From positions 370,689 to 434,688 of IMG/VR virus record IMGVR_UViG_3300038463_000730: DNA of 64,000 nt, one strand, 5' to 3'. Shown piece after piece: positions 7,120 through 16,024 of this stretch. A program made the translations under genes and the position numbers. The notes under the pieces were generated by a model. The model was not told where the DNA came from. It saw only the letters and a program-made list of their open reading frames with translations, and searched no databases. Each line of letters begins with the position of its first letter. Position 1 is the stretch's first letter.

Positions 7120-7664
7120 TTGCGTGTCTCCTTTAGAATGTTCATAAACAACAAGCCTTGCTCGATTGCATCATCGAGGGCGTGATGAGTATGCTTGGCA
7201 TCAGGAAACCAACGCTTCGGCATGTTTCGCTTGGCAGTCTCCTTGAACTCTGTCTTCAATACAGCCATTGCATAGCTCTTAATATCGAGCGCCGAAAAAG
7301 AGAAAGGGCTTTCCCCGACGAAGGTCATGAGATAATGATAAACAAACATAAAATCAAAAGTCGCCGGGTACCCGACAAAAACAGGTCGTCCAGGTAAGCT
7401 CTTAAGCCACTCAACATATTGGTGCATCGCTTTCGTTGGCGACTGCGGATCAACCCGCGTTAAATCGAACGCACTCTGGTTCTTCGCCCAGAACTCCATC
7501 GTATCTTTTGCCCCGGTTGCTCCGGGCAATGTCTCCAGGTTACGATAGAACGTTCCAATTTGTTTCCCGTAGGAATTGAACGCTGCCGAACCAAACGAAA
7601 GCATCGAGTGCGGCCCCGGAATCGGGCCATCCGTTTCAACATCTGTGCTACAATATATTTCCAT
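7116..7664 (-). CDS. DEDDh 3'-5' exonuclease
   Basis: DVETDG, FDF, HHALDDA motifs. Confidence 0.85.
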   Translation of the reverse strand: MEIYCSTDVETDGPIPGPHSMLSFGSAAFNSYGKQIGTFYRNLETLPGATGAKDTMEFWAKNQSAFDLTRVDPQSPTKAMHQYVEWLKSLPGRPVFVGYPATFDFMFVYHYLMTFVGESPFSFSALDIKSYAMAVLKTEFKETAKRNMPKRWFPDAKHTHHALDDAIEQGLLFMNILKETRK

Positions 7665-7817
7665 TTAGTCCTCATTCATTATGATAAGTTTATCATAAGC
7701 CAAATCTCGTTTGTCCCAAGCGCCACAATCACATTGGTACCCACGCAATTTGAACTTGCACTTTGGCGTATGCTGGTACTTATCAATCAAGTATTCTTCT
7801 AATACTTCTCGTTTCAT
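7665..7817 (-). CDS. Small hypothetical protein (not in ORF track)
   Basis: 50 aa MKREVLEEY...CDCGAW; fills the gap with overlapping start/stop. Confidence 0.5.
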   Translation of the reverse strand: MKREVLEEYLIDKYQHTPKCKFKLRGYQCDCGAWDKRDLAYDKLIIMNED

Positions 7818-8125
7818 TTCATGATCTCAAATCTATCACACATATATTTCTTCATCTTCGTCAACGGTATCTCGTCATCAACTCCACTGAGTATTACTCC
7901 ATCCGTCATGAACACGTCACCACGGGTTCTCCTGGTCCAGATGTAGAAAATCCTGGTGCAAACTTGACAGGGCAACAAAACTTCAAAACCTAAATCATCA
8001 TCTAAGTTTACAGGTCGATGTCCTATCCGTCGCATCAATTGCGCTAGCCTTTCAATCGATTCCATTTTGGCCTTCCGCAAAGCATTGCGTGAGCAGTTCA
8101 CTTCAGCACCTCCATTCGAGGGCAC
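7814..8125 (-). CDS. Hypothetical CxxC protein, paralog family B
   Basis: MRRIGHRP..CQVC..KKYMCDRFEIMK. Confidence 0.6.
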   Translation of the reverse strand: MPSNGGAEVNCSRNALRKAKMESIERLAQLMRRIGHRPVNLDDDLGFEVLLPCQVCTRIFYIWTRRTRGDVFMTDGVILSGVDDEIPLTKMKKYMCDRFEIMK

Positions 8126-8349
8126 AAATACTTTCGAACCATGTCTAAAGATATCGGTTCGCCTGCTCTACAAATTACAGCACCTTTGTACGTGAGGAAT
8201 ATTCCACTCACCAAGTAGTAGAGTGCGTTGCACGACTGACAGCGAAGCAAAGAAGTTTCAGGATAACCAACACAAAGAGGACCGGGCTTGTGCCCGGTCC
8301 TCTTCATGAATTTCACTAGATCGCTAGTGAAACAAATATCAGACGTCAC
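8098..8349 (-). CDS. Hypothetical CxxC protein, paralog family B
   Basis: MKRTGHKP..CQSC..RKYLCPRMEVLK; GTG start next to the upstream stop. Confidence 0.6.
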   Translation of the reverse strand: MTSDICFTSDLVKFMKRTGHKPGPLCVGYPETSLLRCQSCNALYYLVSGIFLTYKGAVICRAGEPISLDMVRKYLCPRMEVLK

Positions 8350-8923
8350 GTTCCGCGTTCTTGTAGACCGAGTCCGCAATCTTCTGATACAAGCCCTGTA
8401 GCTCATGGAAGATGGCAGCGAAGATCTTTCGAACCGGATCATTGATAACGGTCCAAACTGCGGACCAGGGCCAGTACATCATCCACAATGTGATCCGGCT
8501 CTTGTTCTGACGAACCTTCGGCTTGGCGTAATGCTGCGCCGAATAATTCAACTTCCACTTATCCTTCATGGTCTGATCCATTTGATCAGCAGCGGTTTTT
8601 CCGTTCACCACCATGAACTCGGCACGAGCTTCAGAGTATTGCCGGTACATATCCTTCACATGGAACCACCACTTCCCAAGTGACCAACCGGCACCCAATA
8701 GGAAGTAACCGATGCCAGAATAAAGAGCCTCCATCGGATTTTCTCGAACAACATGCCAGAGATTGAAATCTCCAAGCAATGCCAGTGCGGCAAATGTTCC
8801 GACGAGTGTTACTGTTGCCCAGAATGTCTTTTCTGCTTCGATGAAGTAGAAATTGAGCAGAAAAACGAACCCGATCAGAATCCAGAACGCAACTCCACCA
8901 AATGCTAATAGTCCGAACAGCAT
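8339..8923 (-). CDS. Multi-pass membrane protein
   Basis: Several hydrophobic segments. Confidence 0.7.
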   Translation of the reverse strand: MLFGLLAFGGVAFWILIGFVFLLNFYFIEAEKTFWATVTLVGTFAALALLGDFNLWHVVRENPMEALYSGIGYFLLGAGWSLGKWWFHVKDMYRQYSEARAEFMVVNGKTAADQMDQTMKDKWKLNYSAQHYAKPKVRQNKSRITLWMMYWPWSAVWTVINDPVRKIFAAIFHELQGLYQKIADSVYKNAERDV

Positions 8924-8942
8924 TCAAACCTCCTAAATCGTT

Positions 8943-9377
8943 TTACTTAAACGATCGTGTCCGTTTGAACAGTTCGTACACTGGAACACCATCTCGTCTA
9001 ATCATCACGTTCGGACACCAAGGGAAGTCGATCGGTTGACTTTTCTTTAGTGGATTTATCCATACCGCCAGATTAATCAACTCGGGATTTTCCGGCGCCC
9101 GCCGAGACTCTTGATGATACGAGTAGCAAACGCACACTTCGTAACCGTGTTCCAATCTATCCAGAGCTTCACAAATGAACTGAGTCGCCAGATCCGGAGT
9201 TAATTTTTCCACCAATCCAACTGAAATGTTTTCGTTTTCTTTCTTGGCTATTATAGTATCCCAGCGTTTCTTCTGCGAATTATAAACCGACACCGTATCA
9301 CCAGGTAACATGGCTTGATATGGATGCTCTTCAAAAGCCAACTTTCTTCCAAACATCTTGAATTTCACAACACTCAT
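8943..9377 (-). CDS. Hypothetical protein
   Basis: 144-aa ORF. Confidence 0.6.
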   Translation of the reverse strand: MSVVKFKMFGRKLAFEEHPYQAMLPGDTVSVYNSQKKRWDTIIAKKENENISVGLVEKLTPDLATQFICEALDRLEHGYEVCVCYSYHQESRRAPENPELINLAVWINPLKKSQPIDFPWCPNVMIRRDGVPVYELFKRTRSFK

Positions 9378-9784
9378 CGTAAGATTAATATACCCGAAAG
9401 AACCAAAACAATTCCAATAAGCCGAGCCATTGTAAATTGCTCGCCAAGGAATAGAATGGCAATCACGAAGGTAACGATTGGGTTACAGGCGGTAAGCCCA
9501 ATGATCGAGCTGACGTCTCGGGACTGGAGGAGCGTGACGAACGCGATCGACGCGCTCGCCGAGACCAGTGCCGCGAGGATGCTCCAGGAGAGCGCCGAGA
9601 CCGAGCTAGGCCAACGCACGAGCTGTGGCCCGGCGAAGCAGTAGAGGGCCGTTACGGCGAATGCCACGGCATAGAAGACGAGCAGTGTGAGCGGCGCCCC
9701 GAGCCGCCCGACCGCAAGCTTCTGAAACGCCCCACCAAGTCCCCAACCAAAAATTGCGATGAGCAGGAGTAAGTTAGCGTTCAC
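9374..9784 (-). CDS. EamA/DMT-family small membrane protein
   Basis: WGLGGAFQKLA, NPIVTFVIAILFLGEQFT...IGIVLVLSGI. Confidence 0.8.
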   Translation of the reverse strand: MNANLLLLIAIFGWGLGGAFQKLAVGRLGAPLTLLVFYAVAFAVTALYCFAGPQLVRWPSSVSALSWSILAALVSASASIAFVTLLQSRDVSSIIGLTACNPIVTFVIAILFLGEQFTMARLIGIVLVLSGILILR

Positions 9785-9798
9785 CCCTACATATATTT

Positions 9799-10179
9799 TT
9801 ATGTAGGAGTCTCTTCCGTCTTCACCGTGATTACAGCAATTTTGCTCTTATCAATCTCGTCTAGATTGATGTTGCCAATATTCCAACAACCTGAGCCAGA
9901 CACTTCCCAAACTACAATTGAATAATACTTCAGCCCATGCTTCTTACATGATGCGCTAATGACATCTGTTATGTCACTGCACTCGTATTTCTTCTTTTTC
10001 GAAGTTGGCTCGATGGTTGCTTTAATGGCAAGCAACCCTGCTGGATTACCCTTTTGCATAAGCGTCAGATCTCCTGATCCAGTCGCGGAGGAGACCGCAT
10101 ATTTTTCTTCTATCAGATCAGTCAGAAGTCTCTCGACGTTCCGAGACATCATCGTGACCCAAATATAGAACGTGTACAT
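9799..10179 (-). CDS. Hypothetical protein
   Basis: ORF. Confidence 0.55.
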   Translation of the reverse strand: MYTFYIWVTMMSRNVERLLTDLIEEKYAVSSATGSGDLTLMQKGNPAGLLAIKATIEPTSKKKKYECSDITDVISASCKKHGLKYYSIVVWEVSGSGCWNIGNINLDEIDKSKIAVITVKTEETPT

Positions 10180-10193
10180 TCACCTCGAATGCA

Positions 10194-10568
10194 TCACCCG
10201 GCCTTGGCTCGACATTCCGGATTACTCAATTCCGTCAGGAGCATGACAATTTCATCCACGACAGGAGCAGTCTCTCCCGTAACGAACGTGACTGAGTCAT
10301 CACTGAAAATGAAATATGCCATGCTGTTGTCGTTCTGATCTGTTCGACCAAAGTCATCCCACGATTTCAATGTAGAAAGATTCTCGTAGACAAAAATCTC
10401 CGATGGTTTGCCAACGGGATATTTCGAACGGTCATCGAGGCGATGCGTACCTTCGCCGGAGAGATGGTAGACGCCATCCTTCCAGATCCGAGCCATACCT
10501 TCCAAAATCTTGCCATGAGCCCCGTTGTGCTCCCAAAGCAACGTCGTATCTTTTCCACCGATTTCCAT
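10194..10568 (-). CDS. Hypothetical protein
   Basis: Start reassigned to ATG 10568 with SD GAGG. Confidence 0.55.
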   Translation of the reverse strand: MEIGGKDTTLLWEHNGAHGKILEGMARIWKDGVYHLSGEGTHRLDDRSKYPVGKPSEIFVYENLSTLKSWDDFGRTDQNDNSMAYFIFSDDSVTFVTGETAPVVDEIVMLLTELSNPECRAKAG

Positions 10569-10575
10569 TAGTTCC

Positions 10576-10839
10576 TCACCGGTACGGCCCGACTTTTTTG
10601 AGTTCCAACTCCAACCGAGTAGCCTCTCTACGAGCAAGCTCAGTTTGCTTCTTCCAATACGCTGCGTCGTGGATTTTCTTTTGCTCACGCTCTCTCCACC
10701 ATTCCGCGAATGATTCGAATAGTGTTTTGCCCGGTACCTCTCGGTAGCCTTCCGGCATTGCAAAGTAGTGCGCCACTAAACTAGCGACCACTATTACCAA
10801 CACAAACACAAATAGAAGCACGGCCTGCACCATCCACAT
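10576..10839 (-). CDS. Single-TM membrane protein
   Basis: N-terminal hydrophobic helix. Confidence 0.6.
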   Translation of the reverse strand: MWMVQAVLLFVFVLVIVVASLVAHYFAMPEGYREVPGKTLFESFAEWWREREQKKIHDAAYWKKQTELARREATRLELELKKVGPYR

Positions 10840-10925
10840 TTATTTATAAAACCTGTTTTTCACACGGCTAAGTAAATCGATCGTGACAACCTTCACAATC
10901 ATGTAGCCAAAGATAATCGTGCTGA

Positions 10926-11222
10926 TCATTTCATTGCCCTCATTTTCTGACACATGAACCGGTCGTAATCTTTCTGGTGCTTCAGCGCGTTTACAAAGTC
11001 TTCGAGACCACTATGGTTGAATGACCAGCTCGTATTCCCATGATGATACACCATCGTTCCAGGCGTATAGCTTATTGAATTGGTGTTGACCTTTATCTCC
11101 AAAGATAGGTGCTTAGAACACCAAATACAAATCCCATTGTAATTGTCTAACCCGAACCGAACGTCTTTTATGCGATGGCAATGGACTAATGATAATCGAA
11201 TAAGTAGCTCCCTAGAGAGCAT
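10926..11222 (-). CDS. Hypothetical protein (family B-like C-terminus)
   Basis: CxxC; YDRFMCQKMRAMK. Confidence 0.55.
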   Translation of the reverse strand: MLSRELLIRLSLVHCHRIKDVRFGLDNYNGICIWCSKHLSLEIKVNTNSISYTPGTMVYHHGNTSWSFNHSGLEDFVNALKHQKDYDRFMCQKMRAMK

Positions 11223-11994
11223 CTTTCAACCTTTGGTACAGTTCATCTGCAATGGTTTCGGATAGCCCACTCATCTGTCCATCGTTGATATCGACGACGA
11301 TTAGTTTCTCTTCTGCGGTCTCGGCAACATCTACCGCACAGAACCTAACGTGACCTTTAGTGCGAGCCGCAACTTCACGAACCCACCCTTGGTCTACTTG
11401 TTTCGGGGCCTCGGGAAGGTCATCGACATGGCTCGACCAGTAGTATGCCGATGTTAGCACTTGACCATCGAGAACGAAATGCCTCCATTCGTTTGTGATC
11501 GGCAAATCTTGGATACCGATGAGATACGTCTTGAGCGGAACATAACGTCGGATATAGATCGGCTGAGCACCGATCATATAATCTTGGGTTAGGTTGTCAT
11601 AGACCTTGATCGCGGCATTCCTATCCGCCGCGTACATCGAAGTCTTCCACTGATGCTTCTTCGAGTTGGTTTTGCCCTTCAGAACGAAAGCTCCGTCCTT
11701 CGGAACGTCTTCCAATCGGTACCAAGTCTGCGGTGTGACATCGGCCAGCTCTTCGGCCCAGTTTCTCAAATCCGCCACCCAATTATGCTGAGCGAACGTA
11801 TTGATCATACTGGCACCAACATAATTGATATCGTACTCTTGCTCTTTGTAGAAAGGCAGAGCGCAATATCGAGCCAGTACCAAATCCCCGGATTGAATCG
11901 TCATCCTTGATGACGTCGTGTAAAAGAACTGGTTAGCCGCAGCCAATTCTTTCGAATCCATATCCCCTTCGCGATACAAAATGACAGGACGCAT
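11212..11994 (-). CDS. ATP-grasp domain protein
   Basis: FVLKG, YIRRYVPL, EWRHFV, AVDVA, DINDGQMSG. Confidence 0.75.
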   Translation of the reverse strand: MRPVILYREGDMDSKELAAANQFFYTTSSRMTIQSGDLVLARYCALPFYKEQEYDINYVGASMINTFAQHNWVADLRNWAEELADVTPQTWYRLEDVPKDGAFVLKGKTNSKKHQWKTSMYAADRNAAIKVYDNLTQDYMIGAQPIYIRRYVPLKTYLIGIQDLPITNEWRHFVLDGQVLTSAYYWSSHVDDLPEAPKQVDQGWVREVAARTKGHVRFCAVDVAETAEEKLIVVDINDGQMSGLSETIADELYQRLKDAL

Positions 11995-12036
11995 TCCAAT
12001 TGAATGCTTCCACAACTGCCCGTATCGACAAAACGG

Positions 12037-12107
12037 AAAGGCCCCGAGCGACCTGAACCCCTCGACGCATCTAGCGGCGGAAGCTCGAAGGTGGGCTCAG
12101 GGCCTTT
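12037..12107 (-). other. Long imperfect hairpin (terminator or small RNA)
   Basis: AAAGGCCCTGAGC...GCTCGGGGCCTTT with inner CCTTCGA/TCGAGGG. Confidence 0.45.
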
Positions 12108-12131
12108 ACAGAGACCGTTGTAGCCGAGGAC

Positions 12132-12341
12132 TTATCCGTTGGCTAGGCTTTCCTTGTGTCTTTTCTGCGACGCCTGACCGCCCTTCCTTCCAGCAATTCT
12201 GGCCTCTTCGGGCGAGAATTGGTGAGCGGTCCCGACTTTGTGCGCCATCTTTCCGCCGCGTGCCGCCAATTCCGACACGAGTTTCGGGTCCATCGCCGCA
12301 AAGCCACGGGGTTTCTTCTTGGGTTGTTCTTGCTCTTTCAA
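12132..12341 (-). CDS. KGG-motif general stress protein
   Basis: RGFAAMD..AARGG..AHQFSPEEARIAGRKGG. Confidence 0.85.
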   Translation of the reverse strand: MKEQEQPKKKPRGFAAMDPKLVSELAARGGKMAHKVGTAHQFSPEEARIAGRKGGQASQKRHKESLANG

Positions 12342-12343
12342 GG

Positions 12344-12685
12344 CTAGCCTTCTTTTCTTGGAATGTGGAAACGGTTGTTGCGGATATGATCTAGGAATTC
12401 AGGCGGCGGTTTAACGGCGTGAGCTTCGACGTAGTGCGCGTAACCCTCGGGCCATTGCCATTCTCCATCCGTAAAGTCTGCCGAACCGAGTCCCGCCTGG
12501 CTTTTGCAGCCTAGTATACACCGAGCCGCAATGCTGTGGGTAGCCAAAATGATCCCGTCACGAAGGTAATGGCCTACCTTGATCCTCTCAACAATATCCC
12601 ATCGGTGGTCTACCGATTGATCAGCGTAGGGCAATGTAACATCCAAATACCCACCGTAATCCGCCCAGTATCCAGCACTCTTCAT
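12344..12685 (-). CDS. Conserved hypothetical protein
   Basis: TDGEWQWPEGYAHYVEAHAVKPP motif. Confidence 0.65.
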   Translation of the reverse strand: MKSAGYWADYGGYLDVTLPYADQSVDHRWDIVERIKVGHYLRDGIILATHSIAARCILGCKSQAGLGSADFTDGEWQWPEGYAHYVEAHAVKPPPEFLDHIRNNRFHIPRKEG

Positions 12686-13206
12686 TCCGGTCTTGGCGTC
12701 TTCTCAAGTAACGCGAGTTGTTTACGTATTGATTCCAGCCATCCCTCCTGGTCATATACCCGATCTTTAGTAACACAACCTTGAATAGCGCGCGAAAAAA
12801 GATAGAGCTGGTATGCGTAACGCCCGGTATACAAAGCGTTCCTCTCATACTTTTTAAACTCCTCGCGCTCCAACTTTTCCCATGCGTCACGATTCGGTGA
12901 ACGGGCAAGCGCCGGATTCTCACGCTCACTCGATTCATAACGATACCTGGTAAACTCTTTTTCTCGTCGCTCATTGTCCTTATGAAGAGCGAGTAGCTCT
13001 TTGATGTCGCCCTCAATCGTCAACACAAACCATTCGGAAAGCGTTGTGGAGAGCTTCTCATCCTTCATAACGAGACAACGGAAATACTTCCTAACAACTC
13101 TACCTGGAGCCGTTGCCAACTCCGCCATTGCTGGCGGAGCTGGCAATGCAACGAACCGCTTCCAATGCTCAGCGAAGACCTCGGGCGGAACTGGAGTCCA
13201 GGACAA
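12682..13206 (-). CDS. Hypothetical protein
   Basis: 174-aa ORF. Confidence 0.6.
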   Translation of the reverse strand: MSWTPVPPEVFAEHWKRFVALPAPPAMAELATAPGRVVRKYFRCLVMKDEKLSTTLSEWFVLTIEGDIKELLALHKDNERREKEFTRYRYESSERENPALARSPNRDAWEKLEREEFKKYERNALYTGRYAYQLYLFSRAIQGCVTKDRVYDQEGWLESIRKQLALLEKTPRPE

Positions 13207-13276
13207 TCTAATTCTCCGATGGTAATGAAGAGCAAATGGAATGGTAGCCGCTCAATTACGTTGGAAAATTCAGGTT

Positions 13277-14026
13277 TCAACGCAATGTGATCTTGAGATA
13301 CTCCTCTAGTGGAGTCATGTCGAAAGCTGCAATGAGCCAGAAGTTCGTTCCATCATGCCCGATGACGAGCGGGTCAGGATTGAACTTCTGCTTCGGTGCA
13401 GTGACGACCTTCTCTTTCAGATCGTACTTCGTAGCCTCTGCCACGATGAAAATCTGTTTGAACTCCTTCTTGCATTCGACAATCTTCTGCCGCACGTCGT
13501 CGGGAATGAGCCCATTGAACTTTGTTTCGAGCGAAACATTTGCCTGGACAACTCGCCGGGCCTTCGGCGCCTTCCGCGCCAGAAGAGAAAGACGATCCAG
13601 CACATCCGAGTAGCACTCCTGAAGCGCTGTCGGAAGACTTGGCGATATATTCTTATGCCAGCGGATTGCGCCCCATCGCCGATTGCGCCTGCCAACAACT
13701 GAGATCTTGAAGACTGGAGATTCGAGATTGAAAATAGCCAGGAGCGGTGCCCCCGACTTGTTTCTCCATTTCAAACAATCGAGTTTGAAAAGTGGATATT
13801 TACCCAGCTTGTCCAGCGACTTTGCTTGTTGTACCTTCTCCTTCAGTTCAGGTACAATAGCTCGTTCGATTGGAAGAAGCTTGTCCCACTTCTTCTGAAT
13901 AGAAGAATGCTCAGCAATGATTTTGTCACGCTGAGCAGCAATCAATGCGAGTTGCCTCGGCGTCGCCGGAATACAAAGATGCATGGCAGCTTTGACTGGA
14001 TTACGAATCATAGTAGCTGTTATCAT
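13277..14026 (-). CDS. Hypothetical protein
   Basis: 249-aa ORF; PDPLVIG..FWLIAAFD. Confidence 0.7.
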   Translation of the reverse strand: MITATMIRNPVKAAMHLCIPATPRQLALIAAQRDKIIAEHSSIQKKWDKLLPIERAIVPELKEKVQQAKSLDKLGKYPLFKLDCLKWRNKSGAPLLAIFNLESPVFKISVVGRRNRRWGAIRWHKNISPSLPTALQECYSDVLDRLSLLARKAPKARRVVQANVSLETKFNGLIPDDVRQKIVECKKEFKQIFIVAEATKYDLKEKVVTAPKQKFNPDPLVIGHDGTNFWLIAAFDMTPLEEYLKITLR

Positions 14027-14052
14027 GATTACCTCCGTTTTTAGAAAAATTC

Positions 14053-14961
14053 TTATGCAAGTGACTTAGGGTCTTTCCAAGAGTCTTGAGTCAAAAACCC
14101 GGCGAAAAATGGCGCGGACAAACCCGGCCTACTGATCCAGCAGAGGAACGGCTTCTCGATGCGAAGCATCGGCGGAGTAGAACGCGCCGCAAGACCACGC
14201 ATCATCCCGACCGCCACGGCAGACTCGGCTCGTGCTCCGATCTCGTTCATCTTGAACTTGGTTTGCTGAAGCGCCTGCGAAATCTTCCACCACTCATCCT
14301 TCTTCGGCCCGTCGATGACTTGCGTCTTCATGCCGAGGAGCCAACCGATATCGACCTCCTGATTGAGATCGACCATTGGAAACACGACGCCTTCGTACTC
14401 ACGACTCGGGATCAAGTTGGCCGCGATGTCCTGAACCTTCGCCGTGAGCTTCAGCCCTTCCAACTCCGTCTCGGCGATCGTCATGTAGACGTGGTCACCG
14501 GTTTTCGTTTCGAGCTGAGCAATCGGGTGAGGATGCTTCTTTGAACTGAGGATGCTGGAGTTGTCTCCCTTGACGCAGACGCCGGGATACTCCTGGCTCC
14601 GATCACCATTGAAGTAGACGTGACTCTTCGTTCCGGGCTCGACCCACTCGACCAGAACATCCATGATGGAGACGCAGCCGAACTCGCCCCGGTCCTTGTT
14701 GAAGTCCTGAAGCTTGATGGTGAAACCGCGCGACTTCATCCAATCGTTCAATTCGGCGGCTACCTCGGAGACCCTTGTTTGAATTTCCGATAGACTCGTT
14801 GCCTCCTTGATGATCTTGTCCGTATAGGTATCGGCCAAGAAAAGCTTCTGCTGATCGTTGTCCGAGATCCAGCCGTTGGTCTTCCCGAGATACTCCACGG
14901 CGTTGTAGACAGCCGTGACGATCGGGAGGGTGCAGGACGTTTTGCTTGTTGTCTTTTCCAT
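14053..14961 (-). CDS. Divergent serpin-like protein
   Basis: LNDWM, s3A-like strand ending in W, FPMVDL..LLGM, hinge MNEIGARAESAVAV, RIEKPFLCWI..FFAG. Confidence 0.65.
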   Translation of the reverse strand: MEKTTSKTSCTLPIVTAVYNAVEYLGKTNGWISDNDQQKLFLADTYTDKIIKEATSLSEIQTRVSEVAAELNDWMKSRGFTIKLQDFNKDRGEFGCVSIMDVLVEWVEPGTKSHVYFNGDRSQEYPGVCVKGDNSSILSSKKHPHPIAQLETKTGDHVYMTIAETELEGLKLTAKVQDIAANLIPSREYEGVVFPMVDLNQEVDIGWLLGMKTQVIDGPKKDEWWKISQALQQTKFKMNEIGARAESAVAVGMMRGLAARSTPPMLRIEKPFLCWISRPGLSAPFFAGFLTQDSWKDPKSLA

Positions 14962-14996
14962 GTTCGTCTCCTACTTTCCAGTCTTGAGAGGCAGTT

Positions 14997-15263
14997 TCAT
15001 TTTCGTCTTACCTTCACTACCTTGTCTAGGTCATTGTCGATCACCTGAGCGAATGCCTTGTAGACTTTGATACGGGATCGGAACCGAAGAACATCCGGAT
15101 CATTACGATCCTTGACGAACTTGGAACCAGTCCAGTATCGATACCCAGATACCTCGCCTCTCCCGGAATCGTTGTATAACCAACACTTGATGACATAGTC
15201 ATACAAAGGTTGACTACTGAAGATACCCGTCCGAGGTTTACCCAGGTTCGACGTCACGTTCAT
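14997..15263 (-). CDS. Hypothetical protein
   Basis: ORF. Confidence 0.5.
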   Translation of the reverse strand: MNVTSNLGKPRTGIFSSQPLYDYVIKCWLYNDSGRGEVSGYRYWTGSKFVKDRNDPDVLRFRSRIKVYKAFAQVIDNDLDKVVKVRRK

Positions 15264-15477
15264 TCGTAAACTCCACTTCGATCTTCAGATGCAACTTCAC
15301 CGTCCTGCCGATCGGCAAGGAGAAATTGTAACCGTCATGGCGAATGAATTTCGGAACAACATCACTAGGTGAACCTAGTTCGTGGTTCACTATCTCATAA
15401 GCCCGCTGAGTTCGATCGATGAAGTCGTATATGATACCTTGTTCTTCAACTCTCTTCTTACGGGGCTTATTACTCAT
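15238..15477 (-). CDS. Hypothetical protein
   Basis: ATG 2 nt after the tRNA-Leu discriminator. Confidence 0.55.
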   Translation of the reverse strand: MSNKPRKKRVEEQGIIYDFIDRTQRAYEIVNHELGSPSDVVPKFIRHDGYNFSLPIGRTVKLHLKIEVEFTNERDVEPG

Positions 15478-15479
15478 CG

Positions 15480-15561
15480 TACGCGGTGAGGGACTTGAAC
15501 CCCCATGCCTTGCGGCGCTGGAACCTAAATCCAGTGCGTCTGCCAATTCCGCCAACCGCGC
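15480..15561 (-). tRNA. tRNA-Leu(UAG)
   Basis: Canonical type II cloverleaf, CTGGA-TT-TAG-GT-TCCAG. Confidence 0.95.
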
Positions 15562-15569
15562 GTATTACG

Positions 15570-15734
15570 TTACCGTCTCAGAGCCCGAGCCACACCGAAT
15601 CCAAGAAGAGTCGCTCCTAATATCATCATCAACCCCAACCAATTCCGCATGACTACATCGGTAATGATTGTCGCAGCAACAACAACCATACCTACCTTGA
15701 TGACAAGTGGCGCTTTCTTTATGTAGTTCTTCAT
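15570..15734 (-). CDS. Small 2-TM membrane protein
   Basis: MKNYIKK..VGMVVVAATII..LGLMMILGATLLGFG. Confidence 0.55.
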   Translation of the reverse strand: MKNYIKKAPLVIKVGMVVVAATIITDVVMRNWLGLMMILGATLLGFGVARALRR

Positions 15735-16006
15735 CGGAAAGCCAACAGTACACCGATTGTCATGGACAGCAAGAGAATCAGTACCGTTACCCCAGGATAA
15801 CGTGCGAAAAACTCCTGCCACCAAAGAGCATAGAAACGGCGTTGCAAAAGACTCGTCAAGGTGATTCGATCTTCATACCGAGGCTCTTCGACCTGTCGAA
15901 CAATCCTGGATCGTTTCGCCCTGATATCCTGTTCAATTCTGAGTGCCCACTCTCGTCGAATGGTTTCGACTGACCGTAGGTTCGTCTTCACACCTGTTGA
16001 AGTCAT
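15731..16006 (-). CDS. Hypothetical membrane protein
   Basis: C-terminal TM. Confidence 0.55.
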   Translation of the reverse strand: MTSTGVKTNLRSVETIRREWALRIEQDIRAKRSRIVRQVEEPRYEDRITLTSLLQRRFYALWWQEFFARYPGVTVLILLLSMTIGVLLAFR

Positions 16007-16024
16007 TACAACACCGATCCAATG

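Noticed and set aside
10840-10850. T4-type late promoter TATAAATA
   Set aside because: It coincides with the last codons of a 29-aa ORF (10840..10929) and occurs once.
15238-15555. ORF-track N-terminal extensions that translate tRNAs (also 3288..3767 and 21648..21848)
   Set aside because: The extensions are tRNA sequence, so starts were moved downstream. Only the pth2 case has the tRNA inside a real reading frame.
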